NCBI GenBank assembly: GCA_051294905.1
Contig: CM119372.1
Location: forward strand, 35,218,001 to 35,282,000
Origin: Botryllus schlosseri
Taxonomy: Eukaryota
Length of the DNA: 64,000 nt
Reading direction: 5' to 3'
Shown here one piece after another: positions 52,366-64,000 of this stretch. The notes under the pieces were generated by a model. The model saw only the letters and a list, made by a program, of their open reading frames with translations, did no database searches and was not told where the DNA came from. How positions within the stretch are numbered: the first letter of the stretch is position 1; every line of letters starts with the position of its first letter. Both the position numbers and the translations under genes were made by a program.

Positions 52366-53012
52366 ACCATAAGAGTTACGACACAGTAAAGACCAACGTG
52401 ATTTTCACGACAACGCAACTGCTCCCTGCAACTCGTAAAGACTTCAACAACGCAATGTATTTACGAATTTATAGTGTCACTGTGATTGTGGCTACGTGGG
52501 AAGAACGTCAGAGCGCTTGCAGGAACGCATAAATCAGCGTGTCCTTAGATTCATTAGAACACGCTCGGTGAAAAGCTCACCTGTAACTCATCCGCTCAAG
52601 ATTGATGCGGAACAATCAAAGGCCATAAATTCTGCAACTGGCAGACACTTGTTGGATAATCCCGCATGTGCGAAAAATTATCGAGACGACAGATTTCGCA
52701 TAGTCGGAAAGGGTCGTTCTCACTTTCATTTGCGTGCCTTGGAGTCGACTTTTATCAAAATACACCAGCCAAGGCTGTGTCAACAAAAAGAGTTCGTGTA
52801 TCATCTAAATTTGTACATTGAACGCTCAAAATTTCATGCTGGTGACGTCATATTTTGTGCTACGATTGTTGATATACGCTATTCTTTTCAATTATCTACT
52901 AGTTGCTGACGATTACCCCTGACGAGTGTCAGCCGAAAATATTCGGGTTCATTCCAATATGAATATACTATTCAATTGTATATTGACGTTCTGTACCTCC
53001 AAGAAGCTGTTT
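52366..53012 (+). mobile_element. Penelope-like family 1, simple 5'-truncated degenerate copy
   Basis: Aligns with ~4890-5565 (GIY-YIG, 3' region, ribozyme, tail). TSD AATTACACTAT at 52355-52365 and 53013-53023. Confidence 0.9.
52905..52948 (+). ncRNA. Minimal type I hammerhead ribozyme (PLE family 1)
   Basis: Identical to the 3745-3788 motif although the surrounding element has diverged. Confidence 0.82.
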
Positions 53013-53683
53013 AATTACACTATTAGGGTTTGGTACACTTAGAAATAATTGCATATGGATAAATAAAAGTGAAAGTTTTGAACCGGGTTTTACGAAAGTC
53101 TGAGTCGCGTTCCGGATTTCGGAGATCGCAGAAAGTAGGCTAAACGGATTTCACATGTAGTGTGGCAAAATGCCCACTATACCACTTTGGTAATAAATGG
53201 ATAACTTCATATTTGTTGTTACCAGCACATTTCAATCTTTCTTTCCGGCAGTTAAATAATCTCATTCAGGTATCGACCGTTGTATTTGGCTGCGGTTGTA
53301 GCATGTATGCAGACACTTGACGTATCCACGCTGTGCATTGCGTTTATTCAGCACAGTAGTTTTGAAATAATTTTCCAAACCCTGCAAATGCTCAGTAGTT
53401 ACTAGCTTAAGCCTTCTACAACTTCGCTAAATATTTTTGTATACGTTCATGACTTATCATAGTATCTATTACCATAATATGGGCCGTAATCAAATTTCGG
53501 CTAGACAAAACTTTCCAAAACTATTCGCTGATAAATATTTGTAGGTTTAGTGTTAGCGCAGAATCGTTAAAAAATTCGGCTCGATCGAATGGTTAATGGC
53601 AACTGTTGACTAGACGTATTTATTTGGGCCCAACCAATTATCATTAATGTGTGCTGCGATTGTACGAATCGTTAGCCTTACAG

Positions 53684-54524
53684 CAGGGGTGTCAAACTCA
53701 AATTGCTCGCGGGCCGGACCAGTCAACTGATTCCAAATTGTTACCTCTTGTTCTTGATTTTCATTTGGATACTTGATCATCAAGCATATATAGATAATGG
53801 ATCATAGGATTTTAAAGTGGCAAGTCGCAACACATTTATTCGCGAACAATAGAATTGACAAAAATACGACGATTGGCTAGTTGAATACAGTTAAGAAGCG
53901 CTAAAACGGAGACGTCAACTACGATATACATTAGCATATTTTATTCTCCCTTTGATTTAGTCGTAATCTGGCTCTAGCCCTGCATATGCGGTATGATATT
54001 TAATTTGAGACGCAGAAGTTGGAAATTGGTTTATTAATATTAAGCCGCGAGTCCGGTCTCTCTCATGTCTGGGGATCTATTGGGTCGAAAGTGACACAGC
54101 AGTGCGACAATAGATATTTCAATTATACATTTATGCAACTAATATATTTTCCATTTCCATGTAAACGGCATATAACGGTTCCGCATTGGCGTTTTCGCTT
54201 CTGTAATAACTACCTTGGTCCATATTTGTATAAAACTTCTTGTAAATTTTGTCCTCTAGAAATAGGATGTCAATTTCATCAACTTGTTACTAGTGGTAAC
54301 TACAAAAAAACCACGGTACCGTAACTGGGTTAGAATGTTATTATGTTAACTGTTAGAATGGGGCCTGTCAACATGCAACTATTTCCTGCAAATATCTAAA
54401 CATTTGTTACAAATGTGCTGGAAAACATAAGAATTTTTTGATCTACTCAGAATTGATTCGCGGGCGGGATGAGATCGTCTGGCGGGCCGGATGCGGCCCG
54501 CGGGCCGTATGTTTGACACCCCTG
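53684..54524. mobile_element. CAGGGGTGTCAAAC-TIR hAT MITE
   Basis: Perfect 14-bp TIRs, GCGGGCC subterminal motifs, flanks CCTTACAG/CCTCACAA. Confidence 0.85.
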
Positions 54525-55537
54525 CCTCACAATCGTTGTGGCAGATTTATCTCACCTTGTATTGTTTCAATGATTTGCGATTGTACTTACAAAGCCTATT
54601 TTCACATTCGTGTAGATTTTGTTTCGGGTTTTGACGAGAAGAGTGGTTCTCATCTGGTGTTCCCTGAGTCAGTCTCGATGTTTCCTTATGGACACACGCA
54701 TACCAAACTCATATACATATGATTTTTGTTGACTCGCCCAATCTGGTTATCATTGTTTGAAGGCAATTATGCCGGATTGGTAGTCGAACTGTGACTGTTT
54801 TGGCGATACGTCGTGTGCAATGGCGTACTTAGTGGAGGTGGAAATTGAAACCCCGTCCTTCTGATATGCTAATTATATCTCCAATATTTACAAATGGCTT
54901 TGGAAGTAAGAAATTGATATCCCACCGTTACGCTTCGACAGAACAATGGCGACACTTTTATAGGTGAATGCTGTAAATCCATGGGTGAAAAAGTCCGTGT
55001 TTGCCAGTACAGGGTGTAAATCAGGTTGACGTCACTGCCAGGTAATGAAAACAAACCATATATCTCCAATCTCCATACGAATTTGTGTATTTGACTCATT
55101 TATACCCGTTGAAATGAGTGTTAAAGCACAAAATGGTTCCATAAAGTGCCGTTTACACTATTTACACCCATGCTGATGGATTTTTGTAGGCTGACACCTC
55201 TTAACTGGTGTCTCAGGGTGACAGCAGAAGTCACACTGATTTGCAATAAATATTCATTATATTGTTCAGATTTGCTTAAAAATCATAGTGGTAATGTTTA
55301 TCCTTTTAACACTCACTGTTGATCTATTGATCTATTGACCCTCCATTGCCTAAATATACCAGTTACAGAATATATTCTCTCCTGCGAATTATTTCTCTAG
55401 ATCTATCTGTTACTTTTTCCGATCGTTTCATTTAATATATACTGAGCGTGGCGCAAATGACCATCATCGGTTGAAAGCGCCACTTTTTTCCATAATAATA
55501 AAAACTCACAGTTAATGCACACTTCATTTTGTTAACA

Positions 55538-55811
55538 TGTTGTTGTTGTTTGAGGTATTCGTGGTGTTTGTCGACTACTATGGTCATTTACACCAGGCCA
55601 ATTTTCTTCATTTATATTCCGATGTTGCCGACTTGTAGCAGGGCCACTTCTACGCTTTGTATAAAACACCGATCACGCGGATGAGGTGGCGCGGAGGTGC
55701 CTAGATAACCTTCAACACTTGGGCAGGGATCCTGGAGTCGACCTCGATCAGACTCGAACTCGCAACTCATTGGTGTTGCAGCTGTGGATTATACCACTAC
55801 GCTATCTCGCC
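55538..55811 (-). mobile_element. tRNA-derived SINE with (ACA)n tail
   Basis: Minus strand GGCGAGATAGCGTAGTGGT (A box)...GAGTTCGAGTC (B box), then a body and an AACAACAACAAC tail. Confidence 0.65.
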
Positions 55812-56306
55812 ACTTCAGAGTGAACATGTAATCTATCGTAATTATTGATCAGAGAAATTGTTCCCTCAGGTTACTAACAAGTTAGAACCACTGGAATTTA
55901 ACAATGTTTTTATTGAACGAATCGATGCGATAAATCGGTGATCGGCGAATCGATTTCATTGGTACCATTTGAAATAAATTCCGAGCTCATATCACCATCA
56001 AATAGTGAAAACTGGCCTGTGATTCAACCCAAATATGATTGAGCCTATTTGATGAGGCATATTACTTTGTCCTCTTACCTGTGCTGTTTCACTGTAATTC
56101 CTTGTTCCACCATTGAATCTAATCACGCCAGTAACCTCGAACATTTGAAGACATTTGCTGGACTGGAGAAAATCTGGATGTACACGCACTTCCTTTTTGC
56201 CAACATGGCATTGGAAAAGGGGTCGGGGGATTATAAGATTTGTTTATGATGGATTGCGTGATCGCAAGTGAGGCTTGTATTCACTGGGCCTAACCTCTCC
56301 TTTATC

Positions 56307-56912
56307 CAGGGTTGTAATGACTCGAGTCATGACTCGACTCGACTTGAGTCCGACTCGAGTCACGTTTTTCAGATGACTCGACTTGACTCGAGTCATTTTC
56401 TCAAATTACGGAAATGACTTGACTCGACTCGACTCGAGTCAATTTGTGTATTGACTCGACTTGGACTCGAGTCATTGCGCATGACTCGAACCAAGTCATA
56501 TGACTCGAGACTCAGACGGCCAAGACCGACCTTTCATTGTAATTTCGAGGAATAGTAAAGTAATCGCACTATTTGGATTTCGTCTATTGGTACTGGTACT
56601 TGAAAATGCGCCCAGAAACTTCTAAAAATGACGAAAATTAGTATATTATAAATGCGAACCTTTCGATATCACCAAACAGGGTTACAAAAAGTGGATTTAA
56701 CAAGCCTTTAACTGGAAACTGGGCAGTCAACACAATGACTTTGAATCGACTCGAGTCATAATACCATGACTCGGACTCGACCCTCTGCTCGGGGACTTGG
56801 ACTCGGACTTAACTCGGTGGTGAATTGAAAATGACTCGACTTGACTCGAGTCAAAACTATAAAACTGAGATTGACTTGTGACTCGGAGCATTGTGACTTG
56901 GTTACAACCCTG
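56307..56912. mobile_element. hAT-type MITE with GACTCGAGTC subterminal repeats
   Basis: TIR CAGGGTTGTAA; perfect TSD CCTTTATC (56299-56306, 56913-56920). Confidence 0.92.
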
Positions 56913-57212
56913 CCTTTATCCCTATTCCTGAACTGGCATGCAAATTGTCTAATTTGCCAATATATATATGACTTGTTGCCAGTATAGTGGACGCTAACTG
57001 TCTCACGTGAATTTCCATGGCAATAACACCACAATGGCCTTCTCTGAGGCAGAAAAGAGTATATAAACTACATATATTCAAAAATTGGGACATGGCATTT
57101 TTACGATTCAGTATATTTTTATTCATGTTTACCAATCGCGCAAAGTGCTTACATCGTAGGTATCCTATACAACTTCTCAGCATTGCTCTTTGACTATACT
57201 ACGGGTCTCATA

Positions 57213-57620
57213 ATATGGGGTAGGGCGCCACACCATGATATTTTCTAAAACGTGCAGTTCGATTAAACAGGATTATTATCACCTTTCCATACTAATAGTA
57301 TCATTTTCATCCCATGATGCGGACAAATGCTTATTCTGTCGAAAATTGAATACCTCATGGTATGAATCAATATGAAACAAGCTCGGCACCTTTCGCATAG
57401 CTCAATTTGTACCTTTTGACAATCCATACGAACGAATTACGATCGTTTTCTCAACTACTTACTTACTTGAGTATATTTAAAGTCAGTCAATTCTACTTCT
57501 ACTTCAAGTAGTTTTAAGTTGCTTATGGAAGAATTACTTCTACTCATACTTGAGTAGATTTTTCAGTCACTACTTCTACTTCTACTTGAGTAGCTTTCTT
57601 GACTACTTTGGCCACCTCTG
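57213..57620. mobile_element. Right-end fragment of the CAGAGGTGG MITE family
   Basis: Aligns with ~20872-21245 and ends GGCCACCTCTG. Confidence 0.8.
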
Positions 57621-59492
57621 TGCACTACACGTTCACCTTCGCAACTGCACGATTAACACTACAACAGGGCTAGGCATAGCCTGTGTATCTATAAAACAAA
57701 ACAGTTATTCATTTGATAATAACGCAAACGCGTCAGAAGCATTACCGAAATTTTATAAGCTGTTCACAATTCAGTGTTCATCCACAATAACCAATGTGTC
57801 AACAGTACAGGTGGAATCAGTTGTGCCGATTTGTAAAACAGTATAGAAATGTGAATCCGTATGCAGCGATCTGCTGATAAATTCGCAGATTCTGCTTTTA
57901 GTCTAACTTCAGGACGTACAATGTCGATAGCATCAGGTCCATGATACCTTTGAATACGTGTCAGAAAATGTGTTTAACGTGTTACTGTCTGTACCATGTT
58001 ACTTGCCTTCTTCACGTTTTTCTTTTTGTGAAGACCCGCACCTCAACATAACTCATTGTTTTCCTAACCGTTTAAATAACTCGGTTGCTTTCTTTAGCAC
58101 AACATCTCATAATTTGATTAATCGTGCCTATGTACAAAATTTCGCCGTTTAGATTGTATTGAACAACGTTCATAATGAGTTGTGACCGAGGTTATAAATG
58201 AGCTGTACCTATCTGCGCAATGTACACATACTTTAGAGCACGAATTTACCTAGCACATGCACCGACTAAGAGGTTTGACCGAGTACATTATTTAAAGTAA
58301 TACAGTTACTGTAGTTCACAATCGTTATCGGAATGAAGTCATTTCAGCTCTTATTCAATGGTGTGTTCAGCAATCCAAATATTTCAAAAATGCGTGTGCC
58401 CCGAGTAAAACTGTAACTTACCAGTACCATGGTGAAACAATTTTAATTACATCGCTGCAGTAATTCGACTTTTACGACGCGTTATATCGCAACGGCCCGT
58501 GGCTATAGTTTACCCATTCCAGTACTATACGCTGTCGGTTTGCGAAGTCGATAGCGTATTGTGTCACTGCGCTGCGATTGTCGGATTTTTAGTCAACAAT
58601 GAGTGAGGAAAGTTCGTCTGCGCTTCAAATAATAATTTATTCTCTGCGTTGCCTACTTAACATTCCTCGTTAGTTGAGGGGGTTCGAAAACAGGGCGACA
58701 ATGGCATTCAATTAATACTAATTGTTAAAAATTCTGTTCAGTTTATGATGAGTCGTACTATGATAAAGATATGACATGGTCTATCTTTCCCCACCTGTAC
58801 ATCATCTCTCCTCTCGCTCTATATTTCGGACCAATGAATGAATAAATTCTATGATTTTGGGTTTAAAAATCTTTAAAGTCAAGTCAATCATGAACATCGA
58901 TAGAAAATTCACATAATTATTGGTGGTTTAATCATTGAAGGTTTCACAGCTGTATTTTACTCACCCTGACGACAGGTGCGATGAGACTTCACATGGTGAC
59001 TATATTGGATATTAGAGCTACTCGACTGACGTATCGCTGTCTTAACGTGGACCTTTTTAGGGTTAAATAAGGACCTTATCTGTCTCAGGATTTACTTACT
59101 TTACTAGCAAAACAAAATCCATTATTGTTGATTGCAGCTGCAGAATTATTTTCCAACTGCTGCCCGTGAAAACCTTCACTGCATTACAATCAAATATATA
59201 AAACTCACAAGAATATGTCAATTCTCCAACTACAACTGTCACCAATAAAACAAGAAATGGATTTTGCGCTTGCAAATACCGTTTAATCTGATTTTGTATA
59301 TGGTTGTATCGTAATACATTTGTATGACAGTAAATTATGTCGTGAGAGGTACCACGGTCGCAATACAATTTTTAACTTCGGTCACCGGAACTTTGCTAAA
59401 AGTTGTTGAGTGACCATATAGTACCATAAGCGCCTAAGTATTCTTCTGACCGGCTTTTAACAGTAATATGTTTCATGAACTCTTTTCCATAG

Positions 59493-62400
59493 TTAGAGTT
59501 TTCAATATGGCGTCTCACAGTAAAATAAAAGGACGTCAAACTCAGAATCCTGATGTGATAGGGAAAAACAACGTCTATGGCATAACAGAAAAGCAATATT
59601 CAACTCCTCTATTGATCAATAAGGTCAAAATACGAGATTCCCTCTCCGATCAGCTAATCGAAGGCACCCGACTTTTGCAACTTATTTCTGCTGGCCAAAA
59701 CAAGAGACGTATGGGCACAAGTTATCACGTATGTGTCACGGGAAAGGATGGGTCCGGACGGAGCACAGTCCTGGCAGCGTTACTCGCAGATATTAAAGTA
59801 AAACGATCCCAGACATTGTTCAGTGGTATTGCAGCAGTTATTTCGATTAGTTGTGGCAATACACGAATAAAAAGGCAAAGAGGAATAGTTGATTCCATAT
59901 TTGGTGATATTGGAAACTCAGGAATACAGTACTTCAAATCAAAGGGCACTTTTCGGATTGACATACTATCTGTAGGTAAAATGAAGAAATGGATGGACGA
60001 GAATTCCCCAAAGATTTGCTTTGTGTTCGATGATCTTGATCGGATCCTCGTGCAATCGACGGCCAATAGAAAGAGCGTTTCCATTGACACGCTGACTCAA
60101 ATCATCTCGGGAAAAAAATATCCGGGGTGCATTATCGTAACTTCTTGTCATCAAGATAATATAGATTTGATATTGCAGATAGAAAATGTTATCGTTACAA
60201 GACGTTTTTGTACGCTTGGCTTATCATCAGCCACAGTTCAATCCATCGCAAATGAAGCACTCAATGAAGAAGTCTGTAGAACAGCTTTTCTCAAAATGAC
60301 ACCCTACACCACAGCGTTATGCGAAAATCCTATGCTTTTGTATTACACCATTGAGGGACTTGCAAATAATGCAAAAAGCTCGCCACGCGGAATGTCAGGC
60401 ATATTTATGAACCTTTTAGATACGGTGAGAAAAACGAACTATATTAGCGATTTCCAAAAATTCATGAAGCTATGTTATGACACTAGAAAGACTGGCAAGA
60501 CTTCATTCACCAAAGCTGACCTTGTGAAAGTTGGAATGACTTCTTCTGATACAAGGGCATTACAACTTGATTCTCTTTTCATAACTAAAAAAATCAAGTT
60601 TGGGGACAACGTCACGCTGACTTTTTGTCATCCTATTATTCTTGATGGATTCGTTGCACTATACCTCTACAGTAAAAGTAAATGGGAGACAACGGATGAA
60701 TATGAAACAGTTATCGACGATATCAACTTCATTGGAGCCTGGAAAATGTTGAGTGGATTTGTTTCGGAAGAGCGTAATAAAGCACTATTATGTGATCTGA
60801 TCTCTACGGGTAAATTTCTTGCGATTCGAGTCGTGTGGAGGATTCCTGTATTTCACCGTTTATTTTCAGACCCGGCGAAAAAGCAACAACTTAGTATCGA
60901 ATACGACTTCAAGAGAAAATATATATTAAAACTCAGTGGAATACTACTAAGACGTTGGCTCGAAAATATCAGTGGTATCGACGATCAGCTTCATGGCCTG
61001 CATTTGCTGTCAGAGTCTGACATTACTGGATATAATGATCTAACTGAAGGATTAGAAACCTTCCTGATGAAATCAGACAAAAACATTAAATTTAATCGGA
61101 GTGACGCGAGCGCTCTCGCTGTTTACATTTGTTTTCCTGATAAGATGAAGCAACTGAACCTTGACAATTGTAACCTTTCGTTAGATTTCCTGAATACCTT
61201 GAATGAAGACCTGGGTAAATTAAAGGGAAGTGTAAAGGTAACACAGTTTTAATTTACGCCTTAGGCTTGTTTAGTATGTGATAAGCGCAGTAACATTATT
61301 ATTGCTTAGAATTGTCTACATTCCAATAGCAGTTTCCCAATGAATTTGACAATTTATACCGACTTGCTTTTATGGGATCAAGGCAACAACATAAACCCGG
61401 GGTGGGCAGATCTTTGAACTCGCGGGCCGCATTCAACATTTGAATCCATTCGCGGTCCGCTCTATTAAGGATTATTGGGAATATAAACCAAAATGCAACA
61501 TTGGTATTTCATTATAAAGTGAGGACATGGAGATTATATCGTCGTATCACAAAACGCAACCAGGACGCTAACAAACCTAATGGATAGTTTGATGGCATAG
61601 AAGGTTACGACGGTTGATGAGAGATTTTTAAATATGAAATTCATACTAAATACAGATTAATAACCATTAATCGGATGTAAATAGAGCGGAGTGCGACAAT
61701 TTTTTTTTAGTTGGGCTCAGCTTCGCACCTCCATTCAGATGCTTTCACGTCCCCAAAGCGGATGCACTTCTCAGTTTGAGAACCACTGCATTATAATTCT
61801 CATGGTGAAATGTACTGAGAAAAGTTTAATCAAGTCCCTGCATTAGTTCGATTATTATTGCGCATTTTATCAATTTTTTTTTTGATAAGTTTCTTTAGAC
61901 TCTCACGGGCCGTACAGAATGATGCTGCGGGCCGCATGCGGCCCGCGGGCTTTAGTTTGCCCACCCCTGAGATATACATTAAGTATTAACAGTGTCGTTT
62001 GTATCACTTACAATATGAAATATTGAATAAAAATATTGAATCCAGAATGACTCCGCTAGCTAATGCATAATATTTTCATTTGCCGTTGTCGAACGTCAAT
62101 GCAATATTTCTCTAGAATATTTCTCTAGAATGGTTAGGTTGAATAAATAAATGCTGTTCACCACATCCGTCCATTAGCGTAGAACTGCAATGAATTGGTG
62201 AGGCTTTATTTCCGAAGGTACAAGATTCACCATGAGAGTATTATTAATATTATTAATAATAATAATAATATTTGCACAACACGGTGGCCCTTATCGCTTT
62301 TTCAGGCTATCGTGTGGCCATCGTGGTCTCTGCTGCCGACTTGTAGCACGGCTCACTTTATGTCTGGGCTTTTCAATACACTACGGTAGTAGTGAGATCG

Positions 62401-62726
62401 GCGTTGAGGAGCCCATTTCCATTGGTGTCGTGACTTAGTGCGGAACCAACTGCGCCACCGCTCCCACCCGCTTCTCCAAATAGAGATATATACTGCGATG
62501 TATACTGTATAAATATATTTTTATTTCATAATAGTTGGATTTATTACAGATTGATACTGCGACCTTTACTGAACGCTGTGGGATTAAAGAAGTGAAGGAC
62601 AAAGATGTTCAATTTATCGAACATTTCCTGAAATATGTATCAAATTTCTGTGATTTAACCGGCTGGAAATTTACCGAAGACCATGTCTCCCGTATACAAG
62701 TTGCACTGGATGAGATTAAGAAACCA
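59493..62726 (+). CDS. NACHT-domain (NLR-like) protein with start of an LRR-like region; gene continues beyond the last visible exon
   Basis: The 594-aa ORF has Walker A-like GKDGSGRST, Walker B CFVFDDLD, IIVTS, LCENP, winged-helix-like FCHPIILDGFVALYL and LRR-like LNLDNCNL. Acceptor before 59493 (first ATG 59507), probable 60-nt intron 60810-60869, donor after 61237, next phase-0 exon 62535-62726. Confidence 0.8.
61397..61969. mobile_element. CAGGGGTGGGCA-TIR hAT MITE in an NLR intron
   Basis: Near-perfect TIRs; flanks ACATAAAC/AGATATAC. Confidence 0.8.
62240..62470 (-). mobile_element. tRNA-derived SINE with (TTA)n tail
   Basis: Minus strand GGTGGCGCAGTTGGTT A box. Shares TGCCGACTTGTAGCA with the SINE at 55626; (AAT)n run at 62255-62270. 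Confidence 0.5.
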
Positions 62727-62891
62727 GTAAGAGATCTGGTTATAAATCTACATTATATATTGGATGGGACAGACTCTTATTTGAATCTTCAAACAATGTA
62801 GGGATAATGAAAAATAAATATTGTTGCAACGAATGTCATTGTAAGCTTTTGTGTAAAGGGGCAAGGAGTATACGATACGTTATACTATGAC

Positions 62892-64000
62892 CAGGGCTGT
62901 GAAGTCGGAGTCGGTGGAGTCGGAGTCGGAGTTTGGCTAATTTTCGTCTGATCGAGTCGGAGTCGGAGTCGTGCAAACTATAGTGGCTGGAGTCGGAGTA
63001 GTGGAAAGAATACGGACCGGAATCGGAGTCGGAGTTCGTGAAAGAACTCTGACTCCGACTCCAACTTCTTTATCAGGAAAACAATTGCTTTCAAAGGATT
63101 TTCAATATAATTTTTATGTACCACCAATCACTGATATTAGTAACGATACAGATCAGGGGTGGCCAACCCGTGACCCACAGGCCGAATGTGGCCGCGAGAA
63201 GTTTTTGTGGGGCCTTCGAGATAATTCTCGGAATTGGTTATAACATCAGGTAAAATTGCAAGGCCAACCAAAATTTGATTAGCCTGACCGCGAAATTGGA
63301 TGATGACTAAAACAGCAGTTCTGACGCATTGACGTAACCAGGGGCCAGACACATTTATCCCAGACCGTGTATGATCAAAAAGTAGAACATTTCGTAGCAG
63401 ATTTTTTTGTGTTGAAATTTTTCGTAGCACTTCACATGATCTATTGTTACTGGATTTCATGCATTCAACATTGGATCCCCCTCCTGAAAATTATAAATAG
63501 CCTACTTGTAATCTACAGAATTAAATCTAACTATATTCACAATTAGGAGATAACATGCAACTTCGCTTGTGCGCTCGATGCGAGATCGTCGGCGATGAAA
63601 CATTTGCACAAAATGATCGAAGCATGTTCACCGAAACCGTCGATATTGCTATGTCTAAACGCCGAATAATATCGTCCTTGCCAAATGAACCCAGTGTTAT
63701 ACAGAGGTGACCCTTAATATATGTAAGTAACATTTATATTGATAGAACTCATTCATACCTTTGAAAAAATTTCGCGCTTTGCGTGACCAGGGCATGACTG
63801 CACACTGCACAGTTGCACACGGAGTTTTCATGACATAGTTGTTATCAATTTTAAATCGTAGTAATATAAGTCTTGTTTTTAATGTTACCGAATTCGGTTG
63901 GCTCCTATCGGACGACTAAAAAAAGGTGTAACATTCCAGTTGCCCGCGCAATGATTCGTAAACATCATGAGGTCCTTTGGCCGAGAAGGTATGCCACCCC
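62892..64000 (+). mobile_element. Composite (GGAGTC)n MITE, runs off the window
   Basis: Starts CAGGGCTGTG with GGAGTC repeats; the inner CAGGGGTGGCCAAC element starts at 63154. Homologous to ~10005-11151. Confidence 0.88.

Noticed and set aside
56077..57050. Minus-strand exon candidate split by the 56307 MITE (acceptor near 57050, donor near 56078)
   Set aside because: No open frame across the reconstructed site and no recognisable protein.
59725..60154. Minus-strand ORFs overlapping the NACHT exon, and similar antisense ORFs over PLE coding sequence
   Set aside because: Antisense shadows of real coding frames.

Overview
AT-rich, intron-containing animal (invertebrate) genomic DNA. A tunicate or other invertebrate chordate is plausible, but that is inference only. 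Host genes: a tandem pair of + strand, 7-exon, highly divergent ciliary-type opsins (copy A: exons 3-7 at 6962-11776, exons 1-2 not seen; copy B: complete, 29635-37861, 330 aa), and a NACHT/NLR-type gene (59493 to at least 62726). Both opsins keep the retinal-binding Lys296 and three rhodopsin intron positions, but ERY is replaced by AHY, NPxxY by CPxxY and Glu181 by Asp; copy B also has Phe at 113. The rest of the window is dense with transposons. There are two head-to-head palindromic Penelope-like (RT/GIY-YIG) insertions and one simple truncated copy, all with target-site duplications (TSDs) and minimal hammerhead ribozymes. The two Penelope-like families share a ~29-nt 3' tail. Also present: many hAT-type MITEs (including three-level nests), a CACT-terminated element, tRNA-derived SINEs and transposase relics. 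All calls were made by eye; no database searches were run.
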